The notes beneath the pieces were generated by a model. It was not told where the DNA came from, did not search any database, and saw only the letters and a list, made by a program, of their open reading frames with translations. Positions 39,719-48,974 of a stretch of 64,000 bases of DNA are shown piece by piece. Location: sequence record NC_009760.1, one strand, 5' to 3'. Each line of letters begins with the position of its first letter. The stretch's first letter is position 1. A program made the position numbers and the translations under genes.

Positions 39719-40356
39719 TATTTATTCGCTCCTTTGAAGTCTTTTGAGAAGTCTACTGCTAATGCTTCTTTTGCGTATTCAGGTACACTGTCTACAGATG
39801 CTTGTGCATCCGGAATGAATGTTGCGTTTGCAATGTAATCATCTGCAAGTGGTACGTCGGCCGCATATTCTTCTTGTTGCATTAACTCAATGAATAAGTC
39901 ACGAGCGTTGCTAAAGTTTAATCCATGTTCAAGAATCATTTCTCGTGTCTTTAACACAAGTGGATTCTCCATGTTAGGATTGATTAAGATTGTGCTAAGT
40001 ACACTGCTGTACGTAATCTTCCATAGTCCTGCACGAATACCAACTGCAACTGCAATCATTGTTAATTCAGGATTGAATAATAACGGGAAGTTCGGGTTGT
40101 TTACACCGCCCATGAACTCTTCTACTGTTTTACCAATTGCTACTTTACCTACGGATGGATCAGCAGTCGCTAACCATGTTGGGTAGAATAACATACTATA
40201 TGAGATTAATAGAGCAGCACTTGGAATCTCCGGCTTTAATGCAACCTGTGCTGATACGAAATCAATAACAACTGCATCTTCTGGATTATCTCCCATGTCT
40301 CTGTCAATCATTGCAGAACGTAATGATGTATAAATACTTTCATAAAAACTAGCCAT
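39718..40356 (-). CDS. hypothetical protein
   Basis: Tiled ORF. Confidence 0.65.
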   Translation of the reverse strand: MASFYESIYTSLRSAMIDRDMGDNPEDAVVIDFVSAQVALKPEIPSAALLISYSMLFYPTWLATADPSVGKVAIGKTVEEFMGGVNNPNFPLLFNPELTMIAVAVGIRAGLWKITYSSVLSTILINPNMENPLVLKTREMILEHGLNFSNARDLFIELMQQEEYAADVPLADDYIANATFIPDAQASVDSVPEYAKEALAVDFSKDFKGANK

Positions 40357-40389
40357 TGATATAATGCCCCCTATGTAATGTTTTCGCCC

Positions 40390-40788
40390 CTATATTGTAA
40401 CAGGCGGGATAAGGTCTTGTACAGCTTCGAATGCATCTTGACCGTCTTGGTAACCTTGATCGTACTGTTTTCGATAGTCGTCATGATAATTCTCTGTATC
40501 GAACGGCGTACCATCGAACCCTTGTGCAAATCCAGTACGATAGGCAGATGAATACTGTGCATCTAAATCTGCACAAATATGACGTTCATCAATCGTACCG
40601 TTCTTCCATTCTGAAATCGTAGCTTCTTTGTTCTTGAATTGTTCATTTGCTTCTTCCATACGTTGTTTTGTATAGACTGCACCTAAACCACACCCGCATC
40701 CATCATTAAATAAAAACTCACCCTGTTTAGGAGTGAGTCCCGTAAATATAAATGCTTCACGAACTTGTTCAGGAGTAATACGCTTCAT
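40390..40788 (-). CDS. hypothetical protein
   Basis: Tiled ORF overlapping the recJ stop. Confidence 0.6.
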   Translation of the reverse strand: MKRITPEQVREAFIFTGLTPKQGEFLFNDGCGCGLGAVYTKQRMEEANEQFKNKEATISEWKNGTIDERHICADLDAQYSSAYRTGFAQGFDGTPFDTENYHDDYRKQYDQGYQDGQDAFEAVQDLIPPVTI

Positions 40789-42518
40789 CGCCTTTTACCT
40801 GCCTTTCGTAAATCCTTGATTTTTAGTTGCACATCAACTTTACCTTTGTACTCATTTCTATCCGGAACGAATACAATGTCGATGTTCTTCGGTTTCCCTA
40901 ATGCTTCATACTTCTCATACAGGAAGAAACCAATCGTACTAAACGTTTTCTTTCCGTCGGACATAAGCGCCCACAAGTGGTTCTTCTCATCTCCTACCGG
41001 CATCTCACGAATCACACGCATCTTCTCCATCATAAACGATGGTTGCGCATGACCTCTGCCAAACGGCTCCATCTTATTCATCTCATCAACAAAGTCTAAG
41101 TCGATGATGTTACCTTTGACAATCGCATCCACGTAAACCTTAGGCTGTAAGTCAATCTCACTAATCATCGTATCCGCAAGGAACTCCATACGTGTCTTCA
41201 ACTCTTGGAATTTATCATTTGTAACAGATAAACCACAAGCCATTGCGTGACCGCCGAATCCTTCCATGACATCGGTCTGTCTCATAAGTGATGTGAATAA
41301 ATCAAATCCCGTAATGCTACGACCACTGCCCTTGTATAGTCCCGGTTCATCTGCATCTGTCATTATAATAGATGGTTTGTAGAAGTGGTTCATTAAGCGA
41401 GATGCAATGAGTCCCACAATGCCTTCGGGTATACCAGGATAATAGTGTACGATGATGTTCGTTGGATTATCTATTTGGTCTGCTTCGACACTCTTGATAA
41501 TGTTACCAACGTACGTCTTCGTGAGTTCCTTACGTTCCTTGTTGATCTCCACGAGTTTCTTTGCGCAACGATAGGCTGCTAACTTATTCGTAGAGATTAA
41601 CATATCCACCGCTTCTTCTGCTGATACAATACGACCAGCAGCATTAATACACGGTGCAATTGTCCATCCAATGTCCTGCGATGTAATCTGTTTTAATTCA
41701 TTCGCACGGAACAATTGGTATAGGCCTCTGTTTGGTTTGCGATTCATCATATCAATACCTAGTTTACCAATGACACGATTCTCATCAATGATGTCCATCA
41801 TGTCGGCAAATGTGCCAAGAGCCACAATATCCATGTATTGATACGCACCGGCTCTCCCAGCAGGATGAATCTTGTCGCAAACGGCGCAGAGTATTTTAAA
41901 TGATACGCCCACACCCGCAAGTCCTTTAAATGGATACTTGCAGTCCGGACGTTTTGGATTAACGACGATGGTATCCGGAATGAGATAGTCGCCAATGTGT
42001 TGCCCTACCTTCTGTACGTCATCTTTATACGCACTTGATTCTTGTGGTTCATGGTGGTCAGTGATGATAATATCCATGCCCTTATTCTTTGCGTATGCTA
42101 CTTGTTGGATTGCTGTGATGCCAGTATCACAAGTAATAACCAAATCAACTCCATTGTCAGCAAATAGATCCAGTCCTCTCTGATTTACACCATACCCATC
42201 TTTGAATCGGTCAGGTACGAAGTACATAACATCTAATCCCAGTTCACGTAATATCAGTACCCATATGGCTGTAGAACTTGCACCATCGGCGTCATAATCA
42301 CCGAAGATACCTATCGTTTCTTTCTTTTGAACAGCTTCAATAATACGAGTAACAGCTTTCTTCATATCCCTCATCTTATAAGGATTGTGAAGCTTCTTCT
42401 TGGTGATACGAAGGAACTCTTCTACGTCCTCTATACCACGAGCTTCCAATATGTCATAGATTAAATCATCCTTATGACTGATACGTAAGCCACCTGTTTG
42501 CCATACTGCGTCTGCCAT
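40785..42518 (-). CDS. recJ: RecJ single-stranded DNA exonuclease (DHH family)
   Basis: GDYDADG, PDRFKDGYG, ITCDTG, TDHH, LGTFAD, PCINAAGR, KGSGRS, GGHAMACG. Confidence 0.96.
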   Translation of the reverse strand: MADAVWQTGGLRISHKDDLIYDILEARGIEDVEEFLRITKKKLHNPYKMRDMKKAVTRIIEAVQKKETIGIFGDYDADGASSTAIWVLILRELGLDVMYFVPDRFKDGYGVNQRGLDLFADNGVDLVITCDTGITAIQQVAYAKNKGMDIIITDHHEPQESSAYKDDVQKVGQHIGDYLIPDTIVVNPKRPDCKYPFKGLAGVGVSFKILCAVCDKIHPAGRAGAYQYMDIVALGTFADMMDIIDENRVIGKLGIDMMNRKPNRGLYQLFRANELKQITSQDIGWTIAPCINAAGRIVSAEEAVDMLISTNKLAAYRCAKKLVEINKERKELTKTYVGNIIKSVEADQIDNPTNIIVHYYPGIPEGIVGLIASRLMNHFYKPSIIMTDADEPGLYKGSGRSITGFDLFTSLMRQTDVMEGFGGHAMACGLSVTNDKFQELKTRMEFLADTMISEIDLQPKVYVDAIVKGNIIDLDFVDEMNKMEPFGRGHAQPSFMMEKMRVIREMPVGDEKNHLWALMSDGKKTFSTIGFFLYEKYEALGKPKNIDIVFVPDRNEYKGKVDVQLKIKDLRKAGKRR

Positions 42519-42564
42519 TCGTTCACCTACTTTCCTTAGAATCGTTATTCTAAGTATAAACGAT

Positions 42565-42596
42565 AAAAGCTAAGATATACACGTATACCCTAGCTT
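42565..42596 (-). terminator. intrinsic terminator
   Basis: AAGCTAGGGTATAC/GTATATCTTAGCTT stem plus T tract. Confidence 0.6.
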
Positions 42597-43141
42597 ACCG
42601 CCTTCTTCTTTTTCTTTTTAACCGGTTTATCGCCTGTTGCTTTCGCCGGTTTAGATGATTTTGGTTTCTTTCTCACACGTTTTGCCTTTTGTTCTTCGGC
42701 TAGTTTCTCCTCATTACGAATCTTATTTACTTCGATATTCATAAGGCGTGTGATAGACTCATGGTCATGGTTAAAATCATACAGTGACGTAGGTAATGGT
42801 TTATCTACATCACCATCAGCAAGCGCAAGTAATGGTGCTACGGTATCCTTTGCCTTCTTGCGTCGCTCAAGTTCTTGCTTTTGTAATATCGCAAGGACAC
42901 GAGGTTCTGCTAGGCTACGTAACCGCACTAACTCTTGCTCGCCGATTGGTACAGCTTCTATACGAGGCTTATGATCTTTAAGGGTAAGTATCTGTACTGA
43001 TTCAAATTCCTTCATCAGTTCGATAAGCTCACTCATAAACTCATTGTCCACCGTATCTACATGCTCATATAAATGCCATGCAATTTTACTCATCGGGTGT
43101 TCGTCACCCATAAACCAATCAGCAGGAACAACTATCGTCAT
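42590..43141 (-). CDS. hypothetical protein
   Basis: ORF with AGGAGG. Confidence 0.65.
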   Translation of the reverse strand: MTIVVPADWFMGDEHPMSKIAWHLYEHVDTVDNEFMSELIELMKEFESVQILTLKDHKPRIEAVPIGEQELVRLRSLAEPRVLAILQKQELERRKKAKDTVAPLLALADGDVDKPLPTSLYDFNHDHESITRLMNIEVNKIRNEEKLAEEQKAKRVRKKPKSSKPAKATGDKPVKKKKKKAVS

Positions 43142-43238
43142 AACTGCAACCTCCTTATAAAAGCATCATTACATACGTGAATATGCAGAATGCTAACATT
43201 AAATATTTCTTCACGATGTCCCCTCCTATTTTAGAGCA

Positions 43239-43264
43239 AACAAAAAGTTCCGTGCGAACGGAAC
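43239..43264 (-). promoter_or_regulatory. hairpin element copy 8
   Basis: AACA-aaaagttc-CGTGCGAACG-gaac. Confidence 0.68.
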
Positions 43265-43271
43265 CTCTGTC

Positions 43272-43484
43272 TTAGCCTTCTGCTGGTGGTTGTGGTGCTG
43301 CGCCAGCCGGTGCTTCTTCTACTTTCGTAAGTAAACGATCCATGTTGATTAGTTCGTTTAATACGTGGTAGCCACCGTTAGCTTGTAAGTTTAGTGAGTT
43401 GCGGATTTCTTCCTTCAACTGACCAATCTTACCCTTTACCGCATCAAATGCTTCTTGTTGCTCTTTTGATAAGTTACTAGCCAT
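43272..43484 (-). CDS. hypothetical protein
   Basis: Start MASNL with GAGGTG. Confidence 0.55.
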   Translation of the reverse strand: MASNLSKEQQEAFDAVKGKIGQLKEEIRNSLNLQANGGYHVLNELINMDRLLTKVEEAPAGAAPQPPAEG

Positions 43485-43529
43485 ATGTATCACCTCAATA
43501 ATAGGATAGAGGACACGCCTCGTTACCAA

Positions 43530-44312
43530 TTATATCTTATTTGGATACATAAGGATATATTCTTTTACATCCGCTTCCACGATAGCATGAAGTTCTTCCT
43601 TCAACTTCTCACCATCTTGTGAGTATAAATCATGTGCTTGTTGATAGATATACTCGTACGGCATCATATCTTCTAACAAGCGTTGCGCTGTATGAACGGC
43701 AAAGTCACCCGGAATCACATTGTGTCTATAATCCAGCATCTTTGCTCGGTACAGGTCATCCGCATAGATAAGGTTATGCAATGTTTCAAATCCTTCGTCT
43801 GCAAACTTCATTAAGATAGTAGCTGTGCGATGAATGAACACCATTTCCTTACCGTCATATGAACCATCGCCACGTTTCTCATAGTCCTTTACGAATCGCT
43901 TCACACGATGCTGTATGCTATGATACTGTGACTTGTAGAACTTAAACAGATTCATGCGTACGATCTTATCTCGCATGGTCAGTATCTTCTTTAGACCACC
44001 AGTATGCTGTGCGAATGGACTAACGTCCGAATACGATGCATAGAGCAACTGCAAGATGTCGAGACTTTGTTTGTATAGTAATTCAGGCAAGTCACGGAAA
44101 TCATATGTTTTTAAATCAATCATATTTTCCGGTGCGCATAAGTCTTTTAAGTAACGCTTACCTTCATATAAATCTTTGAACGTTGGATATACGATTTGAA
44201 TCACATCAAAATCAGATTCTCCACTTACTGCTAGGTTGTATTCATGACTACCTGTTCCCGCAACCCATACGGTATCTCTTTCTGCGATTTGTAATTGGTC
44301 TTGGATTCCCAT
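43530..44312 (-). CDS. Pol-beta superfamily nucleotidyltransferase (RlaP/NrdC.11-like)
   Basis: GTGSHEYNLAVSGESDFDV...P..DLY signature. Confidence 0.75.
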   Translation of the reverse strand: MGIQDQLQIAERDTVWVAGTGSHEYNLAVSGESDFDVIQIVYPTFKDLYEGKRYLKDLCAPENMIDLKTYDFRDLPELLYKQSLDILQLLYASYSDVSPFAQHTGGLKKILTMRDKIVRMNLFKFYKSQYHSIQHRVKRFVKDYEKRGDGSYDGKEMVFIHRTATILMKFADEGFETLHNLIYADDLYRAKMLDYRHNVIPGDFAVHTAQRLLEDMMPYEYIYQQAHDLYSQDGEKLKEELHAIVEADVKEYILMYPNKI

Positions 44313-44313
44313 C

Positions 44314-44607
44314 CTATTTACCTCCTTTATTGAATACTGTTTTATGTATAGCGTTTACTGCTGATTTGATTACATCTGCACGGTTAACGGAACTCACACC
44401 GTGGTCTACATAATAATCCATTAGCTCTCCCATTTGTTTGCATGTTTCATTTGGAACAGCTACCAACTGTGTATCCTTTGTTTCTAAATTTAAAGCATAT
44501 GCAATTTGTCGTGCTGCTGATTCATTTACACAACGTGCTACTAGAATTTGTTTTGCTGTATCTTGTACTGACCAGCTAGTTCCTTGAATTGCTACATATC
44601 TTGCCAT
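44314..44607 (-). CDS. hypothetical protein
   Basis: Tiled ORF. Confidence 0.6.
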   Translation of the reverse strand: MARYVAIQGTSWSVQDTAKQILVARCVNESAARQIAYALNLETKDTQLVAVPNETCKQMGELMDYYVDHGVSSVNRADVIKSAVNAIHKTVFNKGGK

Positions 44608-45044
44608 GTCATTTCTCTCCCATTCACTATTTTATTATGTACAGCCAATGATTGTTCATTCGAGTGTACGAATTGTTTTGCTGATAGTGACATATTCTCT
44701 GCCCATGCACGGTATTCTTTATTGATACTGTGATGCACACGATCCATATGCACAAATAGGATATAATCAATGCAGAAGTATGTCGGTATATTTAATACCT
44801 CACATATGCGTAGTCCTATATCCATTGCAACGGCGAACTGTCCCTTCTCTACTTTACGTAGATAGTCACGTTTCGCTCGTGTCTTTAGCTTAATCGCAAG
44901 CATCTCATATGAGTAACCCTTTGCCTCTCGTGCTTCCTTCATCGCCACCGTAAACGGATGTATGCGTTCCGGTTGCACGGGCATAGCCTTACGACCAACA
45001 ATCTTCTTATATAATGTCGTCAATGTGTATCTCCCCTTTGACAT
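44592..45044 (-). CDS. XRE-family helix-turn-helix protein (start uncertain)
   Basis: MKEAREAKGYSYEMLA...YLRKVEKG...RICEVLNI. Confidence 0.7.
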   Translation of the reverse strand: MSKGRYTLTTLYKKIVGRKAMPVQPERIHPFTVAMKEAREAKGYSYEMLAIKLKTRAKRDYLRKVEKGQFAVAMDIGLRICEVLNIPTYFCIDYILFVHMDRVHHSINKEYRAWAENMSLSAKQFVHSNEQSLAVHNKIVNGREMTWQDM

Positions 45045-45134
45045 AGGTCTTTCTAATGAACAGAGAAGGAAAAGTGAAAGTAAAGAAGTTGAGTATAGTA
45101 TTGTGTGTGAAAAATACCCTTCTCTGCTCATTAC

Positions 45135-45159
45135 AAAGGGCGTGACCGGAGCCACGCCT
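45135..45159 (-). terminator. intrinsic terminator
   Basis: GGCGTG/CACGCC stem plus CTTT. Confidence 0.55.
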
Positions 45160-45170
45160 ATGTGCTTTGA

Positions 45171-45584
45171 TTAATGTACGATCTTTTCTTGTGTAACTGT
45201 TGCTTCGTCTACAGGCGTGCCTTCTTCTTCGCCATCTTCGTCATCATGACCAAGTGGCTTACCGCAAGAGCATTTACCTTCACGAGCGTTTTCTTGTGCT
45301 GCTTCTAATTGCTCTAACATTTCGATTACATTAGGGTCAGTCGTCATCAGTTCTTCGATTTTCGCTCTCGCTTCTACTTTCTTAGCTTCCACTGCTGCAT
45401 CAAGTTCTGCTTCCGTGATAAGACCTTTCTCAACCAATAGGTCGATTAACACTGTACCGTGACCAATTTCGCTTACGATTTCTTCTTCTAATTGCTCACG
45501 TACTTGGTCTTTTACTGGACGGTCAAGAGTAAGACGTGGGCCTCCGAATGGTGATAAGATAGCTCCTAGTAATTCTTTTAACAT
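45171..45584 (-). CDS. hypothetical protein
   Basis: ORF with AGGAGG. Confidence 0.65.
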   Translation of the reverse strand: MLKELLGAILSPFGGPRLTLDRPVKDQVREQLEEEIVSEIGHGTVLIDLLVEKGLITEAELDAAVEAKKVEARAKIEELMTTDPNVIEMLEQLEAAQENAREGKCSCGKPLGHDDEDGEEEGTPVDEATVTQEKIVH

Positions 45585-45621
45585 GATTGTTTCCTCCTAG
45601 TATGATAGTTAGTTTAGTTTT

Positions 45622-45648
45622 TACAAAACAGTTCGTGCGAACGAACTA
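45622..45648 (-). promoter_or_regulatory. hairpin element copy 9
   Basis: TACA-aaacagtt-CGTGCGAACG-aact. Confidence 0.7.
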
Positions 45649-45651
45649 GTC

Positions 45652-45945
45652 CTAGCTAAGTGTATATACTTCGCCTGTTACTGGGTCTGCTGTAATGTCC
45701 CATGCATAAGGGATGTTGTACTTCTTGCAGATATTCATCCAGCAACGATTCTTTTCTTGCACTGCTTTTTCAATCTGTGCGAATGGTACATTATCAGCAA
45801 GCTCAATCGCTTGGATATGTTCCCATGTACGAATGTTTTCTGCTTGTTCTTCCGGCGTTAATACAGCAAGCACTGTACCCTTCTTCGGTTTCTCCTTGAA
45901 TACATTCTTCGCTTTTGGTGTTACTTCTTTATTTTTCTTTTTCAT
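45652..45945 (-). CDS. hypothetical protein
   Basis: Tiled ORF. Confidence 0.6.
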   Translation of the reverse strand: MKKKNKEVTPKAKNVFKEKPKKGTVLAVLTPEEQAENIRTWEHIQAIELADNVPFAQIEKAVQEKNRCWMNICKKYNIPYAWDITADPVTGEVYTLS

Positions 45946-45966
45946 GACTTAGTTCCCCGCTTTCAA

Positions 45967-46434
45967 TTATTGTTTCGTAACAAATGCCTTGATGCGTTGT
46001 AACTTTTCTTCACGACTATGACCATCATGCTCTACCATTTCTAAATTAGACATGAAGTAAGCAATTTGACCTTGTGGTAATACGATATAAGCGATAATGT
46101 CGCCAGCCCAATCAGGCTTTTTACGAGACACGACTTCATGTACTTTACCAGCTACAATGTCTCCTACTTTGCGGAACCCTGATTGAAATCCGCAATGCTG
46201 CGCCGTAGCTACACACTGTGTAACCAAACGGTCACGAGTTTTGAAATCACCAATTGCTTCAAAGGACTCAATGCCTAGTAACATATCTCGTAATTCATTT
46301 TGTGCGTTCATTTGGTCAAGTGTATATCTTGGTTTTGGCACACTTGTAGTTTTACCTTCTGTCAATTTCAACAACTCCTGCCTTAAAGAAATTACCATGC
46401 TTATCTTGGTTCGGGAATCCAATACTTGTTGCAT
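45967..46434 (-). CDS. hypothetical protein
   Basis: ORF with GGAGG. Confidence 0.6.
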   Translation of the reverse strand: MQQVLDSRTKISMVISLRQELLKLTEGKTTSVPKPRYTLDQMNAQNELRDMLLGIESFEAIGDFKTRDRLVTQCVATAQHCGFQSGFRKVGDIVAGKVHEVVSRKKPDWAGDIIAYIVLPQGQIAYFMSNLEMVEHDGHSREEKLQRIKAFVTKQ

Positions 46435-46816
46435 CTCGAACCTCCATCATGTCTCCGCACTTATGACACTTCTTCTCTTTCCATTCCGGAAGGATATACG
46501 CATTGTCTCTGTGCTTACATGTTGGACAGTTGTATCGTAAGCGATACGTTTCTTTCCATTCACCGTCGAACTTCTTATACTTGATGCCAGTCTCTAGATA
46601 GTGTTCGTTCTCCGGATGATCTTCCGCCTCTTCTAAGTGTTCAGGGAAGAATCGTTCCAAAGCTCCTTCTAATTCTGGTGGATATGGTGCTTGAACTCGT
46701 AGTGCTTTTGCTAGTGCTGTCATTGCTACGTATGACTCATCTCTTGTTAATTGTTCGCCAGTGAACCTTACCTCATTGTGTTTATTTACTACACTAAATG
46801 TTATGCTTGTCGCCAT
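46352..46816 (-). CDS. hypothetical protein with zinc ribbon (paralogous C-terminus to 28352..29098)
   Basis: RYNCPTC...CHKCG...VRDAT...NFFKAG. Confidence 0.65.
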   Translation of the reverse strand: MATSITFSVVNKHNEVRFTGEQLTRDESYVAMTALAKALRVQAPYPPELEGALERFFPEHLEEAEDHPENEHYLETGIKYKKFDGEWKETYRLRYNCPTCKHRDNAYILPEWKEKKCHKCGDMMEVRDATSIGFPNQDKHGNFFKAGVVEIDRR

Positions 46817-47351
46817 CAGTTGGTTCTACCGACGGTTGTTGGTTTTCGTATGCTTTAAAGAAATGGTGCATACGATGCTGTATTAAATGAGATGAAAGTG
46901 CTGTGGCGATAGGGATATATAAGTCATGCGCTAAAACTTTAACATCAGGATGCTGGTCAACAAATGTACCAATCGTGTTGTTGATTGTTTCTGCTAATTT
47001 AATACGGAAGTTCGTATGTGATTCAGGATTATGATTCTGTAGTTCGTCCTCCGGAATCATTTCATCCATGTCACGAGCGAATAACGTAAAGACAGTTGAT
47101 AATGCAAGCAATGGTACAGTAATGTCCATTTTCTCGCCCTGATCTTTACCGAACTTCTCCATCGCATCAGCAATGACAACCTGCATTTCTCTTGTTAATC
47201 GCTCTGCTTCCTGTAACTTCTCCTGCGTCAGTTCTGACAGACCTAATGCCTGTGTGAAGAACTCAATTGGATTTGTTGGAACGCCAGCTTCTTGCTGTGG
47301 TGTCTCTGCCTTAGGCTTAAATGAGACAATGTTGTCTTTTTCTGTAGACAT
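46794..47351 (-). CDS. hypothetical protein
   Basis: Start MSTEK with GGGGAG. Confidence 0.6.
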   Translation of the reverse strand: MSTEKDNIVSFKPKAETPQQEAGVPTNPIEFFTQALGLSELTQEKLQEAERLTREMQVVIADAMEKFGKDQGEKMDITVPLLALSTVFTLFARDMDEMIPEDELQNHNPESHTNFRIKLAETINNTIGTFVDQHPDVKVLAHDLYIPIATALSSHLIQHRMHHFFKAYENQQPSVEPTDGDKHNI

Positions 47352-47375
47352 AACTTTTCTCCCCTTTGAAAACAT

Positions 47376-48420
47376 AATAAAGGAGGGAACACATAACGTA
47401 TCCCCTCTTCAACCGGTTGTGTATATCGTAGGCTAGTTAGGTATATGGTTTACTCTGCCCTCCGCAGTCCAAAGCACGTTCCGCAAATCAACTTTGCATC
47501 AAAGCTCACAGCTTATAGGTCACACATGTAACTTAACTGTGTAGGTATCCGTTTTATAATTAAGGAACATTCTGCAATGCTAACTCCCCAACCACATGTG
47601 ACCTATAAGCCGGACGAAGAGGTATGAATTATGCAACAAATAAGTACTCACTCTTATCTTGTTAATTCCTTCGTCGGCTTATCGTAAGTTGTTTTCCGCA
47701 CGGTTCCTCCTATTGGATCCAGCGTACACAAGGAAAGAATCTCCTACCATCTACTTGTATGTATTCTCGAAACTTCGTTGCAAAAGGCAAGAATGCCATT
47801 AGCAGAGGATACGAGAGACTCACTGTTGTACGTTACCGATATACTTTACTTTATGGAGTAATCTACTCCAAAGACAAGAGGGAAACCATTTGACTTTTAA
47901 CCACTTTATATTTAAGCCCTCTTATCTTTGCAATAGACTAATAGAATACAATAACGCCACGACAAGTGACCAAAAAGACAACAACATATTATCAAATTTT
48001 AGTGTAGAACATTTCATCAATATGGGCTGTATCACTTGCCGTGTGTATTGCATTGTCGTAGTTTTGGAGATAGTTGTTATGAGACAAACTATCATGGAAT
48101 GGTAGTCTAGGGGGACTACGCATTTGGAGTTATTCACTCCATGTAAGGTGTGTATAGGCTATTGAATACTTGACTATTGGGAGATAGTAAATTTTCCACA
48201 CCCTACATGGAAGGAACAAGTCCTCCATTGTAAGTATCAAACTATTTTATGTAATAGAAAAGGTGAAGCAGTGAATTGTCCAAGTTACACTGCTGGAATG
48301 GGTCGCCCAAAACCCAAATCAACATACAAGGTGGAAAAATATTAGGGTTGGAGGACCCCGGCATCAGCCTTAAAAACCACCTTGTATGCTCATTTGAGTA
48401 GAGGATGTAAATCCTCTCTC
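47376..48420 (-). ncRNA. candidate ~1-kb structured non-coding transcript
   Basis: No credible long ORF and several 12-14 bp inverted repeats. Bounded by hairpin element copy 10 and a terminator-like hairpin at 47376-47410. Confidence 0.45.
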
Positions 48421-48446
48421 TACAACATAGTTCGTGCGAACGAACA
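48421..48446 (-). promoter_or_regulatory. hairpin element copy 10
   Basis: TACA-acatagtt-CGTGCGAACG-aac. Confidence 0.7.
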
Positions 48447-48450
48447 AAGC

Positions 48451-48843
48451 CTATTCTTGTCTAATTTTTTCAATAACCTCGTCACGACGACGGGCATAAA
48501 ATTCAGATAAGATACTAAGCACATGTGCTGCACTTAACAGTTCAGCCGTTGGAGTCGGCTTCATGTCACTACGATTCTCATCCAGTAACCGAATGAGTTT
48601 GTCACCAATGACAAGACCTTCGTCCATTGATTTCTTAGCGTGTGCTTCATCAGGTGATAAACCTTTCAGTGACCATTCATATGCCACCTGTCCTAATGAT
48701 GCTATTAATAGGAAGAGATCCATACGCTCATATTTATACTCTTCTTTGGTAAATGTCTCAATTGCCTTCTTAATTGCGGTTGAGACTTCTTGGATGTTTT
48801 CTTTCGTAAATTGTTGCTCATATGTATTTTCGTTTACAGCCAT
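48451..48843 (-). CDS. hypothetical protein
   Basis: Start MAVNE with GGGAGTG. Confidence 0.6.
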   Translation of the reverse strand: MAVNENTYEQQFTKENIQEVSTAIKKAIETFTKEEYKYERMDLFLLIASLGQVAYEWSLKGLSPDEAHAKKSMDEGLVIGDKLIRLLDENRSDMKPTPTAELLSAAHVLSILSEFYARRRDEVIEKIRQE

Positions 48844-48974
48844 GTCTTGTACCACTCCCTCGTCTTGTCCCTTTTTAAAAAAAAAGAGAACGATCTCGGC
48901 ATAGCGGATAACCGCTACACTGAGTATACGTTCTCTGTAAGGGACTGTCAACACTTTGAGGGATATTTGTAACA

